Assembly: GCA_038128265.1 (NCBI GenBank)
Contig: JAYPJE010000096.1
Location: forward strand, 1 to 11,324
DNA: 11,324 nucleotides
From: Gemmatimonadota bacterium
Lineage (GTDB): Bacteria; Latescibacterota; UBA2968; UBA8231
Direction: 5' to 3'
Of the stretch, positions 1-7,308 are shown one piece after another (position 1 is the stretch's first letter; each line of letters opens with the position of its first letter). A program made the position numbers and the translations under genes. The notes under the pieces were generated by a model. It searched no databases. It was not told the DNA's origin and was given only the letters and a program-made list of their open reading frames with translations.

Positions 1-1
1 A

Positions 2-67
2 CACGAAGCTGGCTATGGGCATCACCAGGGACCCACGGCGCCGATGGCGCTGCGCCCACCTCGCTAG
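2..67 (+). CDS. Possible 3' end of an upstream gene entering the window (HEAGYGHHQGPTAPMALRPPR*)
   Basis: Frame 2 is open from the window edge to TAG at 65-67. It ends 5 bp from the stop of the convergent gene at 73, like the other tight convergent junctions here. Too short to identify. Confidence 0.3.
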   Translation, partial: HEAGYGHHQGPTAPMALRPPR

Positions 68-72
68 CGCAT

Positions 73-1227
73 TTACTCGGCTTTCTCCCCCTCTGCCGCA
101 GCGCGCTTCTCCACCTCGCTGCGCCACCCCAGCACCTGCCCCGCTCGGATGTGCTTGATATCCCACGGCGTGTAGCGGTCTTCCAATGTATCGCCGAGCT
201 TTTCGGTGGCGGCCCAGCGATCCCATGCCGTCTTCATCCACTCGTGCGGCATGGCTTCGCGCACGGCCGGATCGAGCTGCCAGGCCCAGCGCGCATCGGC
301 GACCTTGGGTTCTCCTTCGAACGGTCCACCCCACTTTGACCAGCCCAGCACGAGCGTATTGCGCTCCCGTTCGGGCACGGTATGTCCGGTGTGGATATTG
401 GTTCCAATGCGGATGAGGGCTTGCCCTGCTTTGAGGCGCACGGCCGTTTGGTCGGGCAGCGGGCTTTCGCCGTCCCAACTCGGCGTGTGGGGCACGCCGG
501 CTTCTTTCATGCGCTTGGGCAGCAGCACGTCGTGTTCAAACGGCGTGCGCCAGCGGCTGTGGCTGCCGGGGATAATTTCGTGGCACTCGTCGTCGACCAG
601 CGCCAGAAAGATGCTGACGCCGTTGCGCTCGTCGACCTGCTTGTTGTTGCGTTCCTTGATCTTTTCCCACACGGCGCGTTCGGCCTCTTCGGAGTAGGCC
701 TCCGGGCCGTCGGGGCGTCCCTCCTGAGAATTGCGGCTCTCGCCGCTGCCCCACCAGGTGGTGTCGCGATGCCAGCCGAGCGCGTGCTCGTGCTTGCGGT
801 TGTTGCACCAGAGCAGCATGGTGCTCAGCGTGAGGTCATCCGGCTGCAGGCCGCTGCACCAACCAGAAACAAACTCCAGCATTTCGTCGGATCCATGGAA
901 CTGGGCAAAGCTCGGCTCCTCAAACGCTGGGTGTATAATACCGCGTATGGCCCAGGGCTCGTCCTGCTCCGTCCGGTGCACGTAGCCCTTGGATACATCG
1001 AGCACGCTGTAGGCTTTTTCGGGTCGACACGCTTCCGTCACGCGGCGGCCGGCCTCGCGCAGTGCCGGTATCCATTCGCTATCGACGAAATCGTCTATAA
1101 TGACGACGCTGAGCTCGCGCAGCGCCTCTAGGCGAGCTTCAGTGGCGCCTTTGCCCGACCATTCCGGTTTAAAGTCTATAAACGCAGGGGCGCGGTAGGG
1201 CGCTGGACTGGGAGATGAGACGCTCAT
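73..1227 (-). CDS. Phytanoyl-CoA dioxygenase (PhyH)-family Fe(II)/2-oxoglutarate-dependent dioxygenase, 384 aa
   Basis: Shows an HxD iron motif (GWHRD), IIPGSH, a distal His (IHTG) and a 2OG-binding Arg (ERNTL). Start is moved from the track's 1305 to ATG 1227 because GAGGAG lies 9 nt upstream of it on the minus strand. Confidence 0.8.
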   Translation of the reverse strand: MSVSSPSPAPYRAPAFIDFKPEWSGKGATEARLEALRELSVVIIDDFVDSEWIPALREAGRRVTEACRPEKAYSVLDVSKGYVHRTEQDEPWAIRGIIHPAFEEPSFAQFHGSDEMLEFVSGWCSGLQPDDLTLSTMLLWCNNRKHEHALGWHRDTTWWGSGESRNSQEGRPDGPEAYSEEAERAVWEKIKERNNKQVDERNGVSIFLALVDDECHEIIPGSHSRWRTPFEHDVLLPKRMKEAGVPHTPSWDGESPLPDQTAVRLKAGQALIRIGTNIHTGHTVPERERNTLVLGWSKWGGPFEGEPKVADARWAWQLDPAVREAMPHEWMKTAWDRWAATEKLGDTLEDRYTPWDIKHIRAGQVLGWRSEVEKRAAAEGEKAE

Positions 1228-1257
1228 GAGTTGCTTCTCCTCGGAGTGACGGTCCAG

Positions 1258-1286
1258 TTGGATCTGGACGCGCATAGCGTTATGCT
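1258..1286 (+). promoter_or_regulatory. Candidate sigma70 promoter for the photolyase gene: TTGGAT-N17-TATGCT, with an inverted repeat over the -10 box
   Basis: -35 TTGGAT at 1258-1263, a 17-nt spacer, and -10 TATGCT at 1281-1286. The inverted repeat GCATA-N4-TATGC (1272-1285) overlaps the -10. Confidence 0.4.
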
Positions 1287-1408
1287 GTGTGGCGATACCC
1301 CTCAAGGATACCGTACGCGTGTCGCCCCATCAAGATGTCCGCATGCGGAGGCCACGCACTGCATAACTCAGTCTATCATTTAACCTATTCTCGGATACAT
1401 TCTTGCGC

Positions 1409-2518
1409 ATGGCTATTGAATTTCCCACGCGCTACGAAGATATACAGGCGCGCATGCACGCCGTGGATCCGGTGGCCTATGCGCGCACCCGCAACTATGT
1501 CGACGGCGCTGTATCCTACTTGTCGCCTTACATATCGCGCGGCGTGCTGTCGACGCGTCAGGTCTATCAGTCGCTGCGCGCGCGCGGCTTCGGTCTGCAG
1601 TCGGCCGAGAAATTTATTAGTGAACTGGCTTGGCGCGACTACTGGCAGCAGGTGTGGATACACCGAGGCAACGCGATCGATCGCGATGTGCTCCACGCGC
1701 AGCCTCGCGGCCAGCGGCAGGGTGTGCCAGCGGCTCTGCTGCGCGCTGAGACGGGCGTTAAGGCGGTTGACAGCGCCGTGCAGGATCTCGTTCAGACGGG
1801 CTATATGCATAACCACGTGCGCATGTATGTTGCCTCTATTGCGTGCAATGTGGCGCGCTGTCATTGGATGCAGCCTGCGCGCTGGATGCACTATTTTTTG
1901 CTGGACGCAGATTGGGCGAGTAATGCACTGAGCTGGCAGTGGGTAGCCGGTGCCAACAGCAACAAGTGCTACTGGGCCAACCAGGAAAATATCAACACGT
2001 TTTGTCACAGCGCTCAGCGCGGCACCTTTCTCGACGTGCCCTACGAGGCATTTGAAAGCCTGCCTATTCCCGACGGCCTGACTGACTGCGAACCGCCTTC
2101 GCTGGAACTCCACCTGCCTGCTACCGCAGTGCCGTGCGTGCGTGCGGAGCGACCAACGCTGGTCTATACGCTCTATAACCTCGATCCGACCTGGCATAGC
2201 GACGGCGACTTTAACCGGGTGTTTCTGATCGACACCGACCTGTTGCAGCGCTATCCCATGGGGCCTAATGTGATCGACTTTTCGCTGCGCTTAGCGGAGA
2301 ATATCGCCGGTATTCAGCTCTTTGTTGGTTCGTTCGCCGAACTGGCAGCCCGGTGTGGAGAAAGCATGCTCCATTTCCGTGCCCATCCTACGCAGCTGCA
2401 CTACGAAGGCTGTGAAGAGCCCCATACGGCGATGACGGATACGTCGGGTTACTTCCGTTCGTTTTTCAAATTTTGGCGCCAGTGTCGACGCCGTCTAGCC
2501 GACGCAGAGCGCGTCTGA
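1409..2518 (+). CDS. Photolyase/cryptochrome-family protein with N-terminal FAD-binding catalytic domain and short C-terminal alpha/beta domain (NewPHL-like), 369 aa
   Basis: FAD-domain motifs start within the first ~25 residues: YARTRNY, SYLSPYISRG, KFISELAWRDYW, GYMHNHVRMYVAS, FLLDADWASNALSWQWVAG. A further ~120 aa follow and end in YFRSFFKFW. ATG 1409 is preferred over TTG 1403. Confidence 0.85.
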   Translation: MAIEFPTRYEDIQARMHAVDPVAYARTRNYVDGAVSYLSPYISRGVLSTRQVYQSLRARGFGLQSAEKFISELAWRDYWQQVWIHRGNAIDRDVLHAQPRGQRQGVPAALLRAETGVKAVDSAVQDLVQTGYMHNHVRMYVASIACNVARCHWMQPARWMHYFLLDADWASNALSWQWVAGANSNKCYWANQENINTFCHSAQRGTFLDVPYEAFESLPIPDGLTDCEPPSLELHLPATAVPCVRAERPTLVYTLYNLDPTWHSDGDFNRVFLIDTDLLQRYPMGPNVIDFSLRLAENIAGIQLFVGSFAELAARCGESMLHFRAHPTQLHYEGCEEPHTAMTDTSGYFRSFFKFWRQCRRRLADAERV

Positions 2519-2628
2519 GTGCTGAGTGCTGTGACACGGACTTTTGCTGCTGTGCTCGATCCACTCTTTATTTAGCCTCACCCGTTTGGCACGGCACAAA
2601 CCTGCTACCAGGAGTACTCCGTTTAGAT

Positions 2629-3354
2629 ATGCTCACGATAGATCAGATACAGTCGTTTAAAAAAGAGGGCCATCTTATTTTACGCGGTTTTATAAGCAAC
2701 GAAACAATCGACCAATGGCGCGACCAGTTTTGGACGCATCTAGGCTGCACGATAGACCAACCCGATCAGTGGCCTGATCGCGTCGAGGGATTCCAGCCCG
2801 CTCCCCTATTCGGCGATCTGCCCGAACTGCAGGCTATTGCTCAGCAACTTGGTGGCGGTGCGTTTAACGGGGGTGGGTGCGGCGTGTTGGTGCGCTGGCC
2901 AGAGCGCGAGGAGGAGTGGTCGATGCCCGACAGCGGACACTTGGACGGCTATCCCGGTGAGGGGTGTCAGGCCGTCCTTATGCTGGGCGCAACAACCTAC
3001 TTACACGACGTGGCGTCGCGCGGTGGTTGCTATGTCTATTGGCCGAGTAGTCATCACGGAGCGCATCGTTATTTTCGCGCACACCCCGACCGCATAGAGG
3101 GCACTTTTCGCGATACGCCGGAGTGGGCAGAACGCGGTTGGGGCATTTTTACCGACGGCTGTGACGTAGAGCCGCGCGAGTTTGTCGCGCATGCTGGCGA
3201 CGTTATTCTCTGGCACGGTTGGCTGTGCCACACGGGCTCGAAAAATATTAACCCCTCGCCTAGAGTGGGCCTTTTCGCGCGCTGGATACATCGGGATGAT
3301 GCCGGCGTGCGCAAGGCCATCCACGCCGACCCGTGGCACCACTGGGGGGTATAG
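2629..3354 (+). CDS. Phytanoyl-CoA dioxygenase (PhyH)-family Fe(II)/2OG dioxygenase, 241 aa
   Basis: Classic PhyH N-terminus (MLTIDQIQSFKKEGHLILRGFI), HxD (GHLD), GCYVYWPSSH, GDVILWHGWLCHTG (distal His) and SPR (2OG Arg). Start set at ATG 2629 with AGGAG at 2610-2614. The track's upstream extension overlaps the photolyase and looks non-coding. Confidence 0.88.
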   Translation: MLTIDQIQSFKKEGHLILRGFISNETIDQWRDQFWTHLGCTIDQPDQWPDRVEGFQPAPLFGDLPELQAIAQQLGGGAFNGGGCGVLVRWPEREEEWSMPDSGHLDGYPGEGCQAVLMLGATTYLHDVASRGGCYVYWPSSHHGAHRYFRAHPDRIEGTFRDTPEWAERGWGIFTDGCDVEPREFVAHAGDVILWHGWLCHTGSKNINPSPRVGLFARWIHRDDAGVRKAIHADPWHHWGV

Positions 3355-3359
3355 AGGCA

Positions 3360-4031
3360 CTAGCGAAACTGCGCGAATTCCTCTAAGCCGCGGCGATGGA
3401 TATGCGGTACTACTGCGTCTTTATGCGGATAGCCGACGACTAGCAGCAGGTAGGGGCGCTCTTCGGCTGGTCGATCGAGCAGCGCGTGGAGAAATTTCAT
3501 GGGGCTGGGTGTATGGGTCAGGGTCGCTAGTCCCGAAAGGTGCAGCGAAGCAATGAGTAGGCCGGTTGCAATGCCGACCGACTCCATTGCGTAGTAATTC
3601 TTTTGCCGCGTGCCATCGCTCTCGACGGTGTTTTTCTTCAGAAAGACCGCAATCAGACACGGGGCTTCCTCGAGAAACGGTTTGTTCTCGTCCGTGCCCA
3701 AGGGAGCGAGTGCCTCTAACCAATCCTCGGGGGCGCGCTCGCGGTAGAATGCGCGCTCCTCTTCCTCTGCGGCAGCGCGTATGCGCGTTTTTAATTCGGG
3801 CTCTGTGATTACGACAAAATGCCACGGCTGTCGGTTGGCTCCGCTCGGTGCCGTGCCGGCGGCGCGCAGGGCGTTTTCTACGACTTGCATAGGGACGGCT
3901 TGATCAGAGAAATGGCGCACCGTGCGGCGGGTGCGCATCTGCTCGTAAAATAGAGCCGATTGATCTACCATGTCTTCAGGGCTCTTGTGCGTAAAGTGCA
4001 GCGGGTGAAAATGAGCCGGCGATCCATTCAT
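3360..4031 (-). CDS. Nitroreductase-superfamily flavoprotein, iodotyrosine deiodinase (IYD) subgroup, 223 aa
   Basis: FMN-binding RRTVRHF and APSGANRQPW. IYD lid signature AEEEERAFY...WLEALAPLGTDENKPFL, plus ESVGIATG, LTHTP and LLVVGYP. GGGAG RBS lies upstream of ATG 4031. Confidence 0.88.
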   Translation of the reverse strand: MNGSPAHFHPLHFTHKSPEDMVDQSALFYEQMRTRRTVRHFSDQAVPMQVVENALRAAGTAPSGANRQPWHFVVITEPELKTRIRAAAEEEERAFYRERAPEDWLEALAPLGTDENKPFLEEAPCLIAVFLKKNTVESDGTRQKNYYAMESVGIATGLLIASLHLSGLATLTHTPSPMKFLHALLDRPAEERPYLLLVVGYPHKDAVVPHIHRRGLEEFAQFR

Positions 4032-4061
4032 TGGCAGTGCTCCCTATCCGTGTGCAGATAC

Positions 4062-4067
4062 AGTATA
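4062..4067 (-). promoter_or_regulatory. Candidate -10 box (TATACT) for the deiodinase gene
   Basis: TATACT on the minus strand ~30 nt upstream of ATG 4031, leaving room for the RBS. No convincing -35 at 17 nt (TGGAAG). Confidence 0.3.
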
Positions 4068-4125
4068 GGCAATGGGTGGTGCAGCTTCCACCGCAATGCG
4101 TGACAGCAGCATCAAAGCAGATTGC

Positions 4126-4154
4126 TTGCTACCGACTATAGTGATCGTTAAGAT
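4126..4154 (+). promoter_or_regulatory. Candidate sigma70 promoter for the PL15-like lyase: TTGCTA-N17-TAAGAT
   Basis: -35 TTGCTA at 4126-4131, exact 17-nt spacer, -10 TAAGAT at 4149-4154. RBS GAGG at 4208-4211 precedes ATG 4217. Confidence 0.55.
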
Positions 4155-4216
4155 GAGGTCGACGCGGGCAGCCGCCCGCACGGCAATAATCTAGAAAAAC
4201 GCACGCTGAGGTTGCA

Positions 4217-6556
4217 ATGAAAGATACGCGTCATCCGCATCCACACATAGATCCGCGCCAGCCGCGCAACGCAACGCAGGTTGGCACCAACCCGCCGGTG
4301 TTTGCTTGGAAACCAGCGGGTAAAGGAGCGACTTTCCGCCTCGAAGTGGCTCGCGATAAGGATTTTGAGACAGTTTGTATATCCGTCGATTCGTTGGACG
4401 ATCCTGTCTTTCTACCCGAAACGGCCTTGGCTGAAGGTGCGTACTATTGGCGCTGGTTTGAAGGTGCGGCCGTATCCGAAACGTTTCAGTTTGAGGTGAC
4501 TGATGCGGCGGTAACGCTAGAGGTTCCGTCTGCCGATGTGTGGCTCGAACGCTTTGCATCTGGTCACCCGCGCCTGCTAATGCGGCCTGAAGAAGTCGAC
4601 TCGTTTCGACGGAATAACGCCAATTCGGACGAGCCGATTGTGCGCCGCCTGATCGACGATGCGGATCAGCTCCTGGCAGAAGCACACCAGATAGAGGAGC
4701 CTGCCTATTTGGCCGATCGAACCGTCGACTATGCCGCTTTTTGGAACGTGTGGTATCCAACGATGTGGGGGTCTAGGCGCTTTGTCAAAGGGGCGGAAAC
4801 GTTGGGTATGGCCTGGCTGGTTACGGGCCATGCACCCTATGCTCGCGCCGCGTGTGAGCGGATGGCTTCCATCGCCGAATGGGACCCGATGGGTTCGAGC
4901 TATCTGGGCCACAACGACGAAGCACATATGTCGGTTATCTGGCACGGTTGCCATGCCTGTGACTACGTATGGGATCAGTTCACCGACGCCGAGCGCGATA
5001 CGGTGATCGAGCAGTTTCGACGGCGCGGTGAAATTACCTACGAGCACATGCACGACCGCGGCACATACGGCATTACTCGCTTTGACTCACATGCCGGGCG
5101 CGAGATTGTATTCTTAGCCCATATCGCGCTGGTCTTTCACGAGCATATTCCCGCGGCGAAGACGTGGTTGGCATGGCTGCGACCTGTTTTATGCGGACTA
5201 TGGCCGAGCTGGGGTGGCGACGACGGCGGATGGGCGCAGGGGCCATCGTACGGTTTGGCCTACGTGACGATCATGACCATGTTTGCCTCGGCGCTCAAGC
5301 GTGGCGCCGATGTGGATTTATACCGCAGACCGTTTTGGAAAAATCACGCACGCTGGCGTCAGCACATTCTACCGCCGTATGCACAGTGGATGGGTTTTGG
5401 CGATCATTCAGAGCGCTGGCGGGACGCGTGGCTGCGCGGGGCCGACCTGGCCGAATTGATAGGGCGCGAAACGGCAACCTCTGCGCTGTTGCCCTACGCT
5501 GATGCGCTGCGCCAGGAGGCGGCTGAAATGACGACGCCGGCAGAGCGCGCCATGCCGGGAGTTTCTTCGCAATTGCTTACTGCGCCCAGCTGGCCAGACG
5601 CTTCTGAAGGCGGAGTACAGGACCCGGCGTCAACGCTGCGCGTGTTTGGCGATGTTGGCTGGGCCGCTATACGAACGGACTGCGAAGACAAGCACAGGGA
5701 CATTGCCTTTATCTTTCGCTCCTCGCCCTTCGGTTCGATCAGCCACTCGCACGCCAATAACAACGACTTTATTCTACACGTCGCCGGCCAGGTGATGGCG
5801 ATGCCAAGCGGCTACTACGCGGGATATGGCTCAGACCACCACGCCCATTGGGTGTGGCATACAAAGTCTCACAACTGCGCGACGCTTTCCGATGCTTCGC
5901 AGTTGATGCGATCGCCCGAGTCGGTCGGAGCCGTTGACAATGCATATGAAGACGAGCGCGTAGTCTATTTTAGAGGCTTAGCCGATGCCAGCTATGCCGA
6001 TCGAGCGCAGCGCTACCGGCGGCATGTGGTATTTGCCAAAGCGCAACAGTACTTTGTACTCGTCGATGAATTTGTAGCCAAAGCGGGTGTAGCCTCTGCG
6101 CTACAGTGGAATATTCACGCGTGGGCACCGTTTGAAACCGACCAGCGGCGCACTTTTTGGACGCAGCGCGGCGATAGCGTGCTGTGCGGTCACTTCATGT
6201 ACAGCCGAAACGGTTTTTTCTCCCTGAGCGAGGGATGGGATCCACCGCCGATGGGAGGTAAAGACAGTTCGCAGTGGAAACCGCAGTACCATCTGCGCTT
6301 TACGCCGACCGGCATTGAAGCACCCAAGCGCAATCTGGCTGTTGTACTGTGTCTGGAGTATGCGGGGCACCCAAGACCCGCAGTCGAAACGAGCTTACAG
6401 GGCGAAACGGAAGAGGCCCAAGTGGGGGACGACCGCATCCTCGTCCATACTGGCAGCGGCGTCGACACGGCCGAGTGCACATCCGCCAGCCTTATGTGGA
6501 TGTCCGTTGGCGGCTACGCCTACGAAGTCGACGACGACGGTATTCGCTCCGTTTAG
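4217..6556 (+). CDS. DUF4962 + heparinase II/III-like polysaccharide lyase, PL15-like (oligo-alginate lyase / GAG exo-lyase type), 779 aa
   Basis: N-terminal NPPVFAW...YYWR and HPRLL. Putative catalytic His (FDSH) and Tyr (GGWAQGPSY) lie 53 residues apart, similar to Atu3025 His311/Tyr365. Also GFGD, SHSHANNNDF and KSHN of the C-terminal beta domain. Length fits PL15. No signal peptide visible. Confidence 0.82.
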   Translation: MKDTRHPHPHIDPRQPRNATQVGTNPPVFAWKPAGKGATFRLEVARDKDFETVCISVDSLDDPVFLPETALAEGAYYWRWFEGAAVSETFQFEVTDAAVTLEVPSADVWLERFASGHPRLLMRPEEVDSFRRNNANSDEPIVRRLIDDADQLLAEAHQIEEPAYLADRTVDYAAFWNVWYPTMWGSRRFVKGAETLGMAWLVTGHAPYARAACERMASIAEWDPMGSSYLGHNDEAHMSVIWHGCHACDYVWDQFTDAERDTVIEQFRRRGEITYEHMHDRGTYGITRFDSHAGREIVFLAHIALVFHEHIPAAKTWLAWLRPVLCGLWPSWGGDDGGWAQGPSYGLAYVTIMTMFASALKRGADVDLYRRPFWKNHARWRQHILPPYAQWMGFGDHSERWRDAWLRGADLAELIGRETATSALLPYADALRQEAAEMTTPAERAMPGVSSQLLTAPSWPDASEGGVQDPASTLRVFGDVGWAAIRTDCEDKHRDIAFIFRSSPFGSISHSHANNNDFILHVAGQVMAMPSGYYAGYGSDHHAHWVWHTKSHNCATLSDASQLMRSPESVGAVDNAYEDERVVYFRGLADASYADRAQRYRRHVVFAKAQQYFVLVDEFVAKAGVASALQWNIHAWAPFETDQRRTFWTQRGDSVLCGHFMYSRNGFFSLSEGWDPPPMGGKDSSQWKPQYHLRFTPTGIEAPKRNLAVVLCLEYAGHPRPAVETSLQGETEEAQVGDDRILVHTGSGVDTAECTSASLMWMSVGGYAYEVDDDGIRSV

Positions 6557-6566
6557 TCTCTGCGTG

Positions 6567-7286
6567 CTATGGTCTGAGCTCGGTGCCGTCCCACTCAAAG
6601 CACTTGCCACTTTGCTGCGGCGTTACGTCGTCCAGCACGGCAAGCATTTTCTCTACCGCGAAGTCGGGTGTAAATAGCTTGTCTGCCGGTACGCTCCTTT
6701 TAAAAGGCTCCGATAGGTCGCTGTCGACTGTGCCGGGATGCAGTCCGACGATCACGGCCTGTTTGTTGCGCCGTCCGATCTCAATAGCCGCATTCTTGAT
6801 GAGCATATTGAGCGCGGCTTTGGCGGCGCGGTACGCATACCAGCCGCCCATGTCGTTGTCCGAGATACTGCCTGCGTGGGCCGAAAGAGCGGCAAAGACC
6901 GAACGGGTGTCTCTCGAAAGTTTGGGCAGAACGTGCTTGGCTACCAGCGCGGGAAAGACGGCGTTGGCCGCGAAGAGGTAGTTGAGCTTTTCCGCCGATA
7001 TATCGCGGAGCGATTTCTCGGGCTGTATATCGCCAGCGTGTAAGACGCCCGTTGCAACGATGGCCACGTCAATCGGGCCGCTGGAAGACGCCTGTAAAGC
7101 AGCCTGCTCAATAGACGATTCGCTGGCGTAGTCGACGACGAAGTGGGATGCATTGGGCGGGAGTGCCGCTGGCGGACGGCGCGAAAAAGCGCAAATGGTT
7201 GCGTTCGGGTGGCGGGAGGCCAACTGCTGCGTGAACGCACCGCCAATGGCACCAGAACTGCCGAAAACGGCTATGCTTTTTGTCAT
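6567..7286 (-). CDS. CsgA (C-factor)-like short-chain dehydrogenase/reductase, 239 aa
   Basis: GSSGAIG Rossmann motif, [25 protein letters not shown] (YxxxK) and [14 protein letters not shown]. Start ATG 7286 with AAGGTGA RBS, 22 bp downstream of the renalase-like gene on the same strand. Confidence 0.88.
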   Translation of the reverse strand: MTKSIAVFGSSGAIGGAFTQQLASRHPNATICAFSRRPPAALPPNASHFVVDYASESSIEQAALQASSSGPIDVAIVATGVLHAGDIQPEKSLRDISAEKLNYLFAANAVFPALVAKHVLPKLSRDTRSVFAALSAHAGSISDNDMGGWYAYRAAKAALNMLIKNAAIEIGRRNKQAVIVGLHPGTVDSDLSEPFKRSVPADKLFTPDFAVEKMLAVLDDVTPQQSGKCFEWDGTELRP

Positions 7287-7308
7287 GTGTTTCACCTTTT
7301 TCTCGCGT

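Noticed and set aside
382..1131. 249-aa plus-strand ORF and other short ORFs over the first PhyH gene
   Set aside because: Antisense shadow of a motif-bearing gene. It has no recognisable motifs, and such ORFs are expected in GC-rich DNA.
1228..1408. Possibility that the photolyase is a pseudogene whose antenna domain was lost or frameshifted upstream
   Set aside because: Only ~180 bp separate it from the divergent gene and I see no antenna-like remnant there. An antenna-like segment is instead present at the C-terminus.
1385..2197. 270-aa minus-strand ORF, plus the 214-aa ORF at 1287-1931
   Set aside because: Both overlap the photolyase in antisense or an alternative frame, with Arg/Ala-rich composition and no family motifs.
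2611..2620. Perfect palindrome GGAGTACTCC covering the PhyH2 RBS as a translational switch
   Set aside because: With a viable loop it gives only a 3-bp stem, too weak to sequester the RBS. A single 10-bp palindrome is expected by chance in 11 kb.
2473..2628. Cys-rich N-terminal extension of PhyH2 (ECCDTDFCCC) suggesting a metal-binding domain
   Set aside because: It lies upstream of the canonical PhyH start and its RBS, and overlaps the photolyase end. Most likely translated intergenic DNA.
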